This document shows, in pieces, positions 1 to 10,658 of a stretch of DNA of 64,000 bases. The position numbers were made by a program, and so were the translations under genes. The notes under the pieces are model-generated. The model saw nothing but the letters and a program-made list of their open reading frames with translations, was not told where the DNA came from and ran no database searches. The stretch comes from a virus (taxonomy: Duplodnaviria; Caudoviricetes). Location of the stretch: positions 1 through 64,000 of the IMG/VR virus record IMGVR_UViG_2751185783_000001; one strand, given 5' to 3'. Numbering within the stretch: the stretch's first letter is position 1; the number at the start of each line of letters is the position of its first letter.

Positions 1-2477
1 TCACGGACGGACCTCGCCGAGGACGGTGAGGGTGTCCATGCGCGTGCTGGCGAGCGCTTCCAGCTTCGTCCAGGACAGGCGGTGCACGAGCACGTCCTCG
101 CCGAGTCCGGCCTGGTACCAGCGTTCGGTGGAGTCTTTCGCCTGGGCGTCGTCGCGGGCCCAGAGTTCGAGGTGCCACGGGTCGTTGTCAACGAGGTTGC
201 CGATCAGGACGAGGTGCTTATCGTCGGGCTCTTGCATCGCGGGTCTCCTGTCGTGGTCTGGTCGTCTGCCGCGGCGCTCGCACCTGTCGAGCACCACAGC
301 CGGCGGTCAGAGCCAGGCCGGGCCTTGGACCTCACTGCTGAGGGGTGTGCCGGTGTCGGCGTGGTCGCGGTAGTCGTCGAGGATCCCGTCGATCGCATGC
401 CACGCCCCGGTCACCGTGCCGTCCGGCTCGCGGTACGCCTCGCGGTGCCGCTTGAGCCATGCTTCGACGTCGCTTCCCCGCATGGCCTCGTGAACGGCCG
501 GGCGTCCGTCGAGGGCTGCCTGGATGTTCTCGCCGAGGGCGATGATGTAGGCGACCTCGGGCGTCCACACACCGGTCTTGTCCGCCTTGTCGAGGCGGTC
601 GGCCAGGAGGTTGAGTGCTTGGATGGCAGCTTCGTGGCTGGTGGGGCGGGTCACGCCAGCACCTCGGCAATGTCGATGCGCACCTGGTTGCGGTGCGACA
701 CCTCGAGGCGGCCGGCCTCGAACTCGGCGAGCATCTCCGCGCATTCGGCCGTGCTGTAGGTGCCGTCACCCCACGCCTGCCCGGACAGGTTGCAGGGTCC
801 GCGGACGCCGTTGCGCCAGTCGAGGACGGTGTAGAGCCGCTGAATAGTGTCGGTCCGGCTGGCCAGGTCGAGGGTCAGGACGGCGAAGTATTCGCTGACC
901 GCGCGGACAGTCCATGGGTGCGGGTCACCACCGAGCCGGAGTTGCTGGCCTACGGTGAGGTCGAGCGGGGTGATCGCGGTCATGGTGGTCTCCTTCGTCA
1001 GTTCTCGTCATGCCAGGCGGGTTGTTCGCCCTCGGCGTGCGGGGCGTGCCGCAGTATGGAGCCGCAGCGGGCGGAGTAGCGGAAGCCGTCACACCACGGC
1101 CGGGCGGCGAACTCGGCGTCGTCGCGGGCGTTGGCCTGGTTGAGGACCGCCGTGCGTGCGTCGGGGTTCAGGTCGTCGAGGAACCGGGCGTCGCCGAAGT
1201 GGGCGGACTTAACGCGGAGGGCGGCTTCTTCACTGTTGGTGCCGAGGTCGATCCAGGTGGCGTTGCACCAGATGCCGTCGGCGCGGAAGGTGTGGAGGCT
1301 GCCGTGGGAGAAGCACCAGGCGTAGGTGGGCTGGACGGTCATGATCCGATCTCTGTCCATGCCGGGTCGTACTTCTGGAGCCGGTTGTCCCGGATGTGGG
1401 CTTCGATCGCCGTCCGGGCCGCGGCGATCTGCTTCTCGGCAGTCTCGTACGCGGTGACGAGCGGGTCGGGGAGCAGGTAGTAGCTGTTGTTGTCGTCGGT
1501 GTCGGTGAGGCGTTCAACGTGGGTGGCGAGGGAGTCACCTTCGTAGACCCAGGCTCGGACGTCGGTCATGCGGGTGTCTCCTTCTCGTAGCGGTCGGCGA
1601 GGGCGTCCAGGTCGGCGGCCAATCTGGTCATCTGGGTTCGGCGGAACTGTTCCTCGAACTTCGTGCTGGAGATGCCGTCCACCTCGGCCCGGATGACGAT
1701 GACAGCTTCACGGACGGTCTGGGTGGTGGTGTCGCCTTGGGTGGGCCAGACCGCATCGAACTGGCGCATCACGGCGTCGAGTTCGGCGCGGGGGATCGTG
1801 ACGGTCACGCGGGCACCTCGTCGGCCGGGATGAGCTGGTCGGTGGTGACCCGGCACCAGTCGTCGGAGGGGAAGTCGACGATGCTGTCTTTGCGGCACCA
1901 GTCCGGCTTGACGTAGATGCCGACCTCGCGGCGCTGGCGGTGGTAGACGCGGTCGCCTTCGGTGAACTGGTGGTCGGTCATTCGGTCGGCCCCTCTTCCT
2001 CGTCGGCGCCCCACGCCTCTTCGACGGCGACGCCGGCTGCTTTGGCGATGGCGCGGGCGGTCTTCTCGACGGCGTCCATGCCGGACCAGCCGTGTTCGTC
2101 GTGGTTGGCGGATGAGACGGTGCGGCCGTTGACCTCGATGGTGAGGTGTTCGTCGTCGGGGTGGCGGATGGTGATGGTGAAGGCGTCCATCAGGCGTTCG
2201 CCTCGATCTGGCGCAGGTAGGCGTTCCAGGCGTCGACCATGTCGTTCCATTCGTCGACGCCTTCGGTGGTGACGTGTTTCGCGGCGGCGGTGACGAATTT
2301 GGCGCGGGCGTCGGTGGTGCCGGGGTACCACTCGAGGTTCCCGCCGAGGGCGGTGACGCGGCGTTCGAGTTCGCGGACGTAGGCGACGACGAGGTGCGCG
2401 GGCGCGTAGTCGCTGTCCCAGCTTTCGGGCATGCCGCTCATGAGGTCGTCGATCAGCTTCTGGGTTTCCGGCTGCAT
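1..2477 (-). other. Operon of about 9 small hypothetical phage genes (1-237, 307-654, 651-983, 998-1342, 1339-1569, 1566-1808, 1805-1981, 1978-2190, 2190-2477)
   Basis: Consecutive ORFs with ATGA/GTGA overlaps and GGAG RBSs; starts refined from the ORF track. Confidence 0.75.
651..983 (-). CDS. Hypothetical protein, paralog of 20680-21093
   Basis: Shares YTVLDWRNGxRGPCNL..GDGTYS..C..MLA.FEAG.LE.S.RN with 20680-21093; RBS present. Confidence 0.85.
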   Translation of the reverse strand: MTAITPLDLTVGQQLRLGGDPHPWTVRAVSEYFAVLTLDLASRTDTIQRLYTVLDWRNGVRGPCNLSGQAWGDGTYSTAECAEMLAEFEAGRLEVSHRNQVRIDIAEVLA

Positions 2478-2496
2478 ACGTTTCCCCTGATCAGAA

Positions 2497-2585
2497 TTGG
2501 TGGTCAGATTAAGTCTCCAGTTTACCGACCGGCCTCCACGATCACGACCCCGTGCGAGTGCACCTGCGGGGGATTTTGGTGGTCA
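2497..2585. promoter_or_regulatory. Divergent promoter region with repeated TTGGTGGTCA (2497-2506, 2576-2585)
   Basis: Exact 10-bp direct repeat between divergent genes. Confidence 0.5.
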
Positions 2586-2603
2586 CAATGAGACACTGGC
2601 CCC

Positions 2604-2852
2604 GTGACCGAGGACCGCAACGACCCGCGCGTAGACGTCCGCGCCCCACGAGCCGAACTCGACGCGGCGAGACGGGTACTGGAAGGGTCGGGCTGGTCGA
2701 TGCAGCAGCTGGTTCAGGCGTGTCTGCGGGCACTGGTCGCCGACCAGGACGGGCTTCTTGCCCAGCTGCGGCCGTACTACCGGGAGAAGCGTCAGCCGGG
2801 ACGTCCGCGTAAGAACCCGGACCCGCAAAAGCCCGCCACCCCAGGGGAGTGA
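2604..2852 (+). CDS. Ribbon-helix-helix-like regulator with C-terminal AT-hook
   Basis: N-terminal beta strand (RVDVRAP) plus two helices, then KRQPGRPRK; divergent from the upstream operon. Confidence 0.65.
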   Translation: MTEDRNDPRVDVRAPRAELDAARRVLEGSGWSMQQLVQACLRALVADQDGLLAQLRPYYREKRQPGRPRKNPDPQKPATPGE

Positions 2853-4531
2853 CGGGCCCTCGGCCTCAGGTCAGTTCTCTCCGCGTAGCTTGGCCGCAGC
2901 CGCTTCCGCCAGCTTCCCGGCGAGTTCCTGTTGCTCGTCCTCGGACAGGTTCCAGAACCAGTTCGTTCCGCGACCGGCAGGGTTGGGTATCACCTGAAGC
3001 ACTCGTTCCCGGCGCCAGGCTGCGCTCTCTTCGTCATCGTTGAGGCGTGGCTCGACAGGTTGGTCGGGCCTGGGGCCGGTGCCGACGTGAGCGGGAGAGG
3101 CGATTTCTTTCACGATGACGTCGGCAAGATGATCGAGGTCTGGCGTTCGTGGGACTGTCGGCGCGTGCGCCTCAAGGATGACGAGAACAGCGATGTTCGC
3201 GGCCTTGATGAGTTCCGGGTTGATGGTCACGGTTTCCTCCTGGTTGCTGGTGATCACCAGGTTCACCGCCGCGGGTTGCCACACCCCGGGAACGCGCTCA
3301 GCTTGCCCGGCCAGCGGTGTGGTCCGCCTGTTCGGCTGGGCACGCCTGCCGTCTCGCCCACCAGCCGGGCACGGTCAGGCGTGCGGGCGACCACCACTGG
3401 GTGCGGGCCAGGAAGTCGTAAGGCATGGTTTTGCGGCGTACTCGCAGCCGGACCATGCGCCGGCGCTCGTCCATTTCCACGATCTCGCCCTCGAAGAGGC
3501 ACGGAAAGTCGTGGGCGAGGACCGGGCCGCCGATGTGCGCGATCGCCTCGTCGAGGGTCACGGGTAGCGGACCTTCCCGAACAGGCCGATCTGCACGATC
3601 GCAGCGGACAACCGCAGCTCGTAGTCGTTGACGTGCCCAGTGCGTAGCATCTCGTCGGCCAGGTCGATGAACGCGGCGTCGACGCCGAGGTCGTCCAGGG
3701 TCGCCGGGCCTTGGAGGTACCGGATCGCGCGGCTGACCGTGTCTCCGTTGACGGCTTCCGGGCTCTGGGTGGCTCCGTCGTAAGGGTTGGGGACGATCAC
3801 CCATCCGGCCGGGTCGCCGGGGATCCTCCGGTCGACGCGCGCCCACTGGTCGATGCCGCCGGGGTCGAGGGCACGGCGGAGCAGGTTCTGCCGGACGATC
3901 CGCTGGATCACCTCTTCGGAGGACTCCCTCACGGCTTGACCAGCCACGACAGCCACACCGGGTGCGGGAAGGTGTCCAGGTCGACGACCGGCCATCCCAC
4001 GAAGCGGCCTTCCGTCTCGACGTACGCCTCGGACAGCGTGGCGACAGGCGGCTCGGTGGCGCCCTCGACGAACGACACGACCGTGCCGGTCGGCACCGCC
4101 GCGTTCCACTCGGCGACCAGGCGTTCGGCGTCCCGGCGCTCGACGTGGCACGGGCACCCGCACTGACCCTCATGTCCTCGGTCGGAGCATTCCTCGTGCC
4201 AGTTGATCGAACACTGCCGGTTCCGGCCGTGGTCGTAGGGTCGGCGGCTGGTCTGGTCGGCGCCGGTGAGCCGGTTCGTGTAGGCGTCGTCGTCCTCGCC
4301 GTCAAGGGCAGGCGCCGTGATCGGATACCAGCGGCCCTTCACAATTTCAGTGGTCACGGCTGGCCTCCGTCTCCGACCCGGAGCACCTGGGCACCCTTGT
4401 CGAGGTACTCCTGAACCCAGTCGTCGTACTCGAACTCGTTGCTGCCGGACCCGTGCCAGGTGCCGGACGGCTCGACGTCGACCTTGACCCAGGCCCGTCG
4501 TTTGCCTGCTACGACGCTGCCGACCGGCAGA

Positions 4532-5059
4532 TCAGCGGCTCTCATCGTTGGTCTCCTTGGTGTCGGTCCAGCCGAAGTGCCGGCCGGTGTTGATGAGGAT
4601 TTGGGCGAGCTGGTCGGTGATGTCGAACCGCTGCTGGTTGAGGCGGACGCTGCGTTCGAGGCTGCCGGTGCCGCCGGGCCGTTCGCCGGACGCTTTCCAG
4701 TCGGCGACGAGTTCGAGAAGGTCGACGAGGGTCATGCCGTTGACGCCGTCGGGGAAGTGCTGGGGGTGGTGGCGGGAGACGGCGTAGTGGTGGTCGAGGG
4801 CGGGTTTCAGGTCGGTGAGGGCTTCGGTGTAGGCGGGGCTGCCGTACGGGGCTTCTTTCAGCCGCGGGGTCATCCGGTCGAACAGGTCGACTTCGGGCGG
4901 GGCCGTCTTGGACAGGTCGTGTTCGACGGCGCGGCGCATCCCTTCCTGGAGCATGTCGACCATCAGGGCACCGACGCGCCGGGAGTGGAGCAGGGTGTCG
5001 GGGCGGGAGTCGTACGGCGCTTTCGCGTCGTGCCCGGTGTGCTCGTTGTTGCCGGTCAT
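4532..5059 (-). CDS. DUF5662-like HD-type metal-binding protein
   Basis: H...HDLSK...HHY..SRHHP.HF..G...M.LVDLLE.VADW pattern. Confidence 0.75.
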   Translation of the reverse strand: MTGNNEHTGHDAKAPYDSRPDTLLHSRRVGALMVDMLQEGMRRAVEHDLSKTAPPEVDLFDRMTPRLKEAPYGSPAYTEALTDLKPALDHHYAVSRHHPQHFPDGVNGMTLVDLLELVADWKASGERPGGTGSLERSVRLNQQRFDITDQLAQILINTGRHFGWTDTKETNDESR

Positions 5060-5424
5060 GATTCGTCTCCCAGGATTGCGCGGGCCACGTCGACCAGATC
5101 GGCAGGCGGGTTGTCGGTGTGCGCCCGGAACGCGGTCGCGAGTGCCCGGCCGACGAGCGGGTTCGCCATGGCGGTGATGAGCTGCCCGTCCGCGTGGCCC
5201 GGCCAGTACGGCTCGAACCGGTCACCGGTCTTCGGGGCTTTGAGGATCTGCGTGTTGACGATCTGGTCGGGCATGCCCGGTAGCGGGCCGGGGAGGTAGC
5301 CGTGGACGCCATGGAGTTGCCAGTACTGGTCGGATTCGTCGGACCACCACGGGCCGTCGGTCGCGTCGGCAAGGAGGGCGTCGAGTTTGTCGGCGGCCCG
5401 GGCGAGCAACTGGGCGCCGGTCAC
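5056..5424 (-). CDS. Ead/Ea22-like phage protein
   Basis: ATDGPW ... DGQLITAMANP pattern. Confidence 0.5.
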   Translation of the reverse strand: MTGAQLLARAADKLDALLADATDGPWWSDESDQYWQLHGVHGYLPGPLPGMPDQIVNTQILKAPKTGDRFEPYWPGHADGQLITAMANPLVGRALATAFRAHTDNPPADLVDVARAILGDES

Positions 5425-6415
5425 GACCGGCCCGGCCTCTCAACGGCGGCCAGCGTGTACACGCCGTAGACCACGGCGTCGTCGCTGTCGTCCGCAGCTT
5501 CCTGCAACTCGCCGGCCATCTTCCACGCGAACGCCGGGTCGCTGTACGCCTCGTCGTGATCACCGCCGGGGCCGTGGCCGTAGTCGGCGAGGACCAGGTA
5601 GAGGCCGGGAATCGGGGTGTTGGTCACGGCTGCCGTCCTGCGGTGGCGACGTCCTGCTTGTGCTGGCGGTGCGCGTCCCGTCGGGACGTGTCGGAGAACA
5701 GGTCGGCGGACGTCCAGCCGCACGAGCAGACGGCGGGCCCTTGGTTGGTGCGGTAGCCGTTGACGGTGATCCGGCCCTCGTTCGGGAGGGTGTGGCCGGC
5801 GAGGCGGGTGACGTTCATCGGACGGATTCGAATTCGTCGACCAGGCCCCGGTGGACGCCCTCCACCGCTGCCGCGACCAGAAGAGCGCTGCCCGGGTCGG
5901 CGACGGGCAGCTTCACCGTGGAGGTCGGCCCGAGGATGTTCTCGCTCAGTTCGAGTGCGGAGTTCAGCACCCAGCACCGGTCGCGTTCGGACCAGACGAG
6001 GGTGTAGCTGGCGTCGCTGTCCTCGACCCGAAAGGTGATCGCTTCGTCGCTTTCGTTGCTGCCGCTGTAGCGGTCGTAGGGGATGCGGGCCAGGCCAAGG
6101 TGCCGGCTGATCTCGCGGATGCTGGCGTGGGTCATGCCGTGTCCTTTTGGGGCAGGAAGTAGTGGTCGGCGCGGTCGGCCCGGAGCGAGGCTCCGAACAC
6201 GTCGGCCCAGCGCAGTAGCTCGCCCGTGTCGGCCCGCCGCTCCAACTCGACCTTCACGTGTCGGCGCACCCGGTCCGGGTCCTGCCGGGTTTGTGCGGCG
6301 ATCAGGTCGGTGAGGTGGTCGACGGTGACGGCTAGGTCTTGCGGATCACCGGAGGTGGCATGGATGGTGCGCTGGTAGACGAACTGCTTGTCCAGCCTGT
6401 AGGCCAGGGAGGACA

Positions 6416-6766
6416 TCAGTCGATGTTCCGGATCTCGATAAGCGCGCTCCGCTTGTCCGGGTAGAGCTTGTTTGCGTGCGACTCTGACTGGATCTGAAAG
6501 TCGATGGGCAGGCCGGTCATCTGCTTGCCGAGGGCAGCGAACGCAAGGGTGATGGCGGCGAGTTTTGGGTCGGTTTCGCTGCTGCGGTGGATGTCACCGA
6601 ACTGGACCGCGTACTCGTTGTCGGGCAGGATCAGCCGGACGTCGACGTCGCGCCAATCCTTGCGGTCGAGGGACGAGCCGACCTGGTAGGGGATGTGGCC
6701 GAAGTAGTCGGTGATGATGGTGCCGAACTTGGTCAGCCAGATCCCGGCGGGCATTCCGGTGCTCAC
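6416..6766 (-). CDS. Minimal Pol-beta-like nucleotidyltransferase
   Basis: VGSS...WRDVDVRL (GS..DxD) plus a distal D in PIDFQ; GTG start overlapping the upstream stop. Confidence 0.65.
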   Translation of the reverse strand: MSTGMPAGIWLTKFGTIITDYFGHIPYQVGSSLDRKDWRDVDVRLILPDNEYAVQFGDIHRSSETDPKLAAITLAFAALGKQMTGLPIDFQIQSESHANKLYPDKRSALIEIRNID

Positions 6767-8937
6767 GGGGCCTCCTCGGCGTCCAGCCCGGCGAGGGCTT
6801 CGTTCAGGTAGCGGTCGACGGCCCGTTCCCACAGCTGCTTCTCCAGATGCGGCGGGAGGAGAGCTGCGGCTTCCTGGTTGCTGATGCCCGGCTGGGCGGC
6901 CCGCAGCGGGGCGAGGGCGGCTTCGAGTTCGGCGTACTGGTCGGTGTCGGTCATCGTGCCGCCTTTGCGGACCGCGCAGCGGACAGGGCCTCCCAGGCTC
7001 GCTGGTGGCCTGGCTGTGAGCGGATGGTCATGTCGGCGAAGACGGTGCGGTAGCGGCGCAGGTAGCGTTCCCAGCGGCGCAGCTTGCGATCGGCACGGCG
7101 GATGCTGGTCATCGGGTTCCTCCGGTCAGGGCGAGCATGTTCCGGTAGTGGTCTTCGAGCCACGTCCACAGCCGGTCCGGGCTGATGTTGTGCGCGGCGT
7201 GGGCCTCGTCGGCGTACCCGGATGCGACCGCCCCGGGCGGCAGGTCACCGTCGGCGGACAGGTGCCACGTGTCGGGGTCGCAGTGGAGGGTTCCGGCCGG
7301 GCCGACGATGCTGAAGCCGGGCTCGTGGTCGTCGCAGCCGGTACAGCGGGTCAGGGCGCTCACGCCGCCGTCTCCTGCCGTGCAAGGAGCCCGGCGAGTG
7401 CCCGGTTCGTCGCCTCCACCGCCACGTCCCGGTCCGGTGTCCGGTCCTCCTCGTAGCAGGTCACCCGCCAGCTCAGGTTACGGTCGGTACGGCGCATGCC
7501 GGTGGTGCGCCAGAACTTGCCGCCGAACCCGAGCGAACCCTGGAAGCGGTACTCGGCCGGGCCGTTGCCGGTCTGGGCGGTGACGAAGTTGCTGCGGCCG
7601 TCTTCGTGGGCGCCGGCATGCTGGGTGAGGATGTCGTAAATGGCGTTGGCCTGGTCGGCGGTGAGGGTGTTGGTCACCGGAATTCGACCTCTCCATCGTC
7701 GCCCCAGAACGCGCCCGTCCCGTCGGTGTGCTGCTCTTGGTGCGGGTCGTGTTCGTGGTGCAGGGCGCATTGGGTCTCGTAGAAGTCGGTGCCGTGCGGC
7801 ATTTCGATGATCGCGGTGGATTCGCAGCGCTCGTCCGGGTAGACACCCAGGTCGGTTTGCAGGTGGCCGCTGATCGGCTGGTCGTTCATCGGATCTCACT
7901 TTCGATGGTCTGCGGCGGTGTCGCCCCGCCCCACTGGTCCAGCCGGTAGCCGGCGTCGTCATGCCGCGGACCGCCGGACGTGTCGTAGTCGGGATTCTCG
8001 GACCAGCCGCACGGGCAGCCGTACGGGCCGACCAGGATGCCGACACCGTTGTCCACCTCGTCCCTGCCAGCAGGACGGTCGCAGCGGGGGCAGTTCATGG
8101 TGCGCGCCAGCTCGGCGTAGTAGGCGGCGGAGAACAGGGTCACGGCGGGTCCTTTCAGGTCAGTGAACGAAGATGGTCCAGTACCAGCCGGTCACCCGGT
8201 CGCCGTTGTCGTCGCGTTCCGGCTGCTCCAGACGTCGCGACTCGACGGTTCGGACACCCATTCGCAGGTTCAGGCGGTCGCCCACCTCCGGTACCGGAAT
8301 GCCCTGTTTGGCGAGGTGGTCATCCAGGGATTCGCCCCAGGCGGGTGCGTCGCCGTTGAACTGCTCCCGGTTCTTCTGGTTGTCGGAGATGGTCAGGTCG
8401 TAGGCGATCCACATCAGCGGCTTGTCGGTCATGGCGGTTCCTTTCGCGGTCGGGCGGGTCAGCTTGCGGTGGGTCAGTCGCCGAACAGGACGGGCCCGTG
8501 TTCGGAGTGGACGGCCAGGATGAGGACGGCGATGTCGGCGAGGTTCCCGGCGACGTGGTCGGTTTGGGCGTCCAGCTCGATGCCGGGCGTGCCGTGGAGC
8601 CGTTCGACGAGCAGGTTGAGGAACTGGTCCTCGGTGATGTACTCACCCATCAGCTGTGTCCGGCCATGACGGTGCGGACCTCGTCGGTCGTCAGGCCCGG
8701 GAAGTCGCGGCGCAGTTCGGCCAGGGTGGCGACCCAGTCGAGGTTCGGGTAGGAGGTGTTGAAGGCGCGGATGGCGGTGGCCTTGTCGGCGCCGACGGGT
8801 ACGACGGTGAGGGGCGGATCGTCGACCCTCACCAGTCGTAGAGGGCTGTGGCGTTCGTCGTCGTCGTGAACCATGGCGGTTCTCCTTCGGATGGCTGGTC
8901 AGTCACTGAGCCCCGCAGGCGGGCTGCTCGGCCAAAA

Positions 8938-9009
8938 AGTGGAGTCCACTTATTCTATCGGTTGAGGCCAAGGTCATGCCTGCTCACAAGGGGGATAAAT
9001 GGAGTCCAC
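8938..9009. promoter_or_regulatory. Operator pair TGGAGTCCAC (8940-8949, 9000-9009) in a divergent promoter
   Basis: Near-palindrome AAGTGGAGTCCACTT and a second copy just upstream of the RHH gene. Confidence 0.6.
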
Positions 9010-9025
9010 ATGCCATGCTGGCCAG

Positions 9026-9256
9026 GTGCCAGACCGCCACCGCGACCCCACCGTCAGCGTCCGGCCCACCGCCGACGACAAACAGGCCGCCGCGGAGGCG
9101 CTAGGGGAGTGGGGCTGGACGATCGGCGACGCCCTGCACGCCGCCCTGCTGTGGCTCCTCGACGACCCGCGCAGGCTGGCCGAACTCGAACGGTTCCGGC
9201 CCCCCGCCAAGACGAAGGGCCGACCACCTAACAACGCCAGACCTCGGGGTCAGTGA
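9026..9256 (+). CDS. RHH-like regulator with AT-hook-like tail, paralog of 2604-2852
   Basis: PTVSVRP..D..AA..AL...GW.....L.A.L..L..D...KTKGRPP; probable leaderless GTG start. Confidence 0.65.
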   Translation: MPDRHRDPTVSVRPTADDKQAAAEALGEWGWTIGDALHAALLWLLDDPRRLAELERFRPPAKTKGRPPNNARPRGQ

Positions 9257-9519
9257 CCAGCTGCGTGAGGCGGCGTGGCCTGCTCCTGGGCGATGTACGC
9301 GGCAGCAGCCTCGTGCGAGTGGAAGAACCGGCGCGTGAACGCTGCCTCCCCCGGGTTCTCAGCTCCGGCAAGACCAATGGTGACCGGCTCCCCGACGCCG
9401 CCCTCGTGGTAGTGGTGCCAAGCAACGACGGCGAAGACGCTGGGAAACACGCGGCAGTCGTTCCCGTTCGCGCCCAGATAGACGACGAACAGCGGGTAGG
9501 TCTGCGGGATGACCGTCAT
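9250..9519 (-). CDS. Hypothetical protein
   Basis: ORF with AAAGGAG RBS. Confidence 0.7.
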   Translation of the reverse strand: MTVIPQTYPLFVVYLGANGNDCRVFPSVFAVVAWHHYHEGGVGEPVTIGLAGAENPGEAAFTRRFFHSHEAAAAYIAQEQATPPHAAGH

Positions 9520-9591
9520 GGTGCTCCTTTGGTGTGAGGTTCCCGTGCGCCGTGATCATGAGACTGGCTTAACATCCGTGGGCGGCGTTGG

Positions 9592-10434
9592 TCACCCACG
9601 GCTGATTGCTGGAGCCAAGAGATCCAGACGTTCCTTTGCGACCAAGTAGGCAACGAGGCGTTCGCGGGCTTCGGGAGTGTCGTTGTGCCGGTGATTGAAC
9701 AAAGGCCTCTCCTGCAGGATGAAGTTACGTTCCATGGTCTCGACACTCTGTCGATCAGGGAACCTCTCAACGGAACAACGTGCAGCGAACGCCGACCACG
9801 AGGACTTTTTGGCGTGGGAGTACTGCCTGGATGCAACGTCATTGGTGATACCGATGTAGAGCAGGCGGTTATCAAGGTCGTACCAGCGGTAAAGCGCTTC
9901 CGGCCAAACCTCCTGACCCAGCCGGCGGCGAGACTTCGCAAAGTCATTGGCCAGGGCGGCCCACTGGGTGGAGCCGTAGGGGGCGGGGTCAATCTTCCAG
10001 AGCTTCTCGGCGAGACCAGAGCTGGCTAGCTCGCGTTCGCCGTAGACTTCGAAGGCGTTGATAATGGCATTCGGAGTCAACGCGGTGATCCTCTGCATAT
10101 CGATGCATTCGGCAACGGCGTTGAACAGGTGACGTGTGGGCCCGGACATGTGGACCGGGATAGTCATATCGGGCATCTCGGCGAAGACGGCCTTAAATTC
10201 GGAGACGTCCCAGGCGAAGGTGGCCAGCATTCGCCACTCGGCGTGGATCTGCGCCTCCTTAAGGCGCTCCAGGGTTCGACCCTTGCCCTCCCTGGAAGTA
10301 GGAGTGATGGAAGGGTCCGGCTCGCGAAAGGGCGCCAGGCGCAGTCGTGCAGCGTTGAGATCGTCAGGAAGTGGCATGACTGCTCCAAGGGGGTCCAAAT
10401 ATTGAAGTTCATAACGGCGGGCGTGGCGAATCAA
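9592..10434 (-). CDS. GIY-YIG nuclease domain protein (C-terminal domain)
   Basis: ALYRWY...LLYIGIT...R...H...E...I..E.PLFN; lower GC; start uncertain. Confidence 0.8.
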   Translation of the reverse strand: MIRHARRYELQYLDPLGAVMPLPDDLNAARLRLAPFREPDPSITPTSREGKGRTLERLKEAQIHAEWRMLATFAWDVSEFKAVFAEMPDMTIPVHMSGPTRHLFNAVAECIDMQRITALTPNAIINAFEVYGERELASSGLAEKLWKIDPAPYGSTQWAALANDFAKSRRRLGQEVWPEALYRWYDLDNRLLYIGITNDVASRQYSHAKKSSWSAFAARCSVERFPDRQSVETMERNFILQERPLFNHRHNDTPEARERLVAYLVAKERLDLLAPAISRG

Positions 10435-10445
10435 GGCATACGCCC

Positions 10446-10658
10446 CCTCCTCTAAAGAGGAGGAGGGGAGCGTGATTGCCTACCGCGTGATTGCCGTGAT
10501 TGCTGCCGTGATTGCCTGACCTGCACAAACACCTGTCAGCGTGATTGCCGTGAGTGGTCCGTGATTGCTCGCCCGTGTAAACCAGGCCGTGATTGCCTGA
10601 CCTGCGGAAACGCAAGATCGCGTGATTGGTGCGTGATTGCTCCCCACGCCCAATCACG
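10446..10658. repeat. Iteron-like array of CGTGATTG(C) (9 direct copies, 1 inverted) plus hairpin CCTCCTCT-AA-AGAGGAGG; putative origin
   Basis: Copies at 10471, 10486, 10495, 10507, 10540, 10560, 10588, 10621, 10632 and inverted at 10651; immediately downstream of the helicase gene. Confidence 0.8.

Larger units (their letters stand above)
2871..8874 (-). other. Operon of about 20 small hypothetical phage genes (e.g. 2871-3230, 3298-3561, 3558-3932, 3929-4357, 4354-4545, 5815-6135, 6132-6416, 6763-6954, 7109-7363, 7674-7889, 7886-8143, 8160-8432, 8650-8874)
   Basis: Tightly coupled ORFs with 4-bp overlaps; several have Cys/His clusters. Confidence 0.75.

Noticed and set aside
10471-10658. 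CGTGATTGC repeats as a CRISPR array or a coding repeat (ORF 10409-10861, GNHG)
   Set aside because: Irregular short spacing; the peptide repeat is a by-product of the DNA motif
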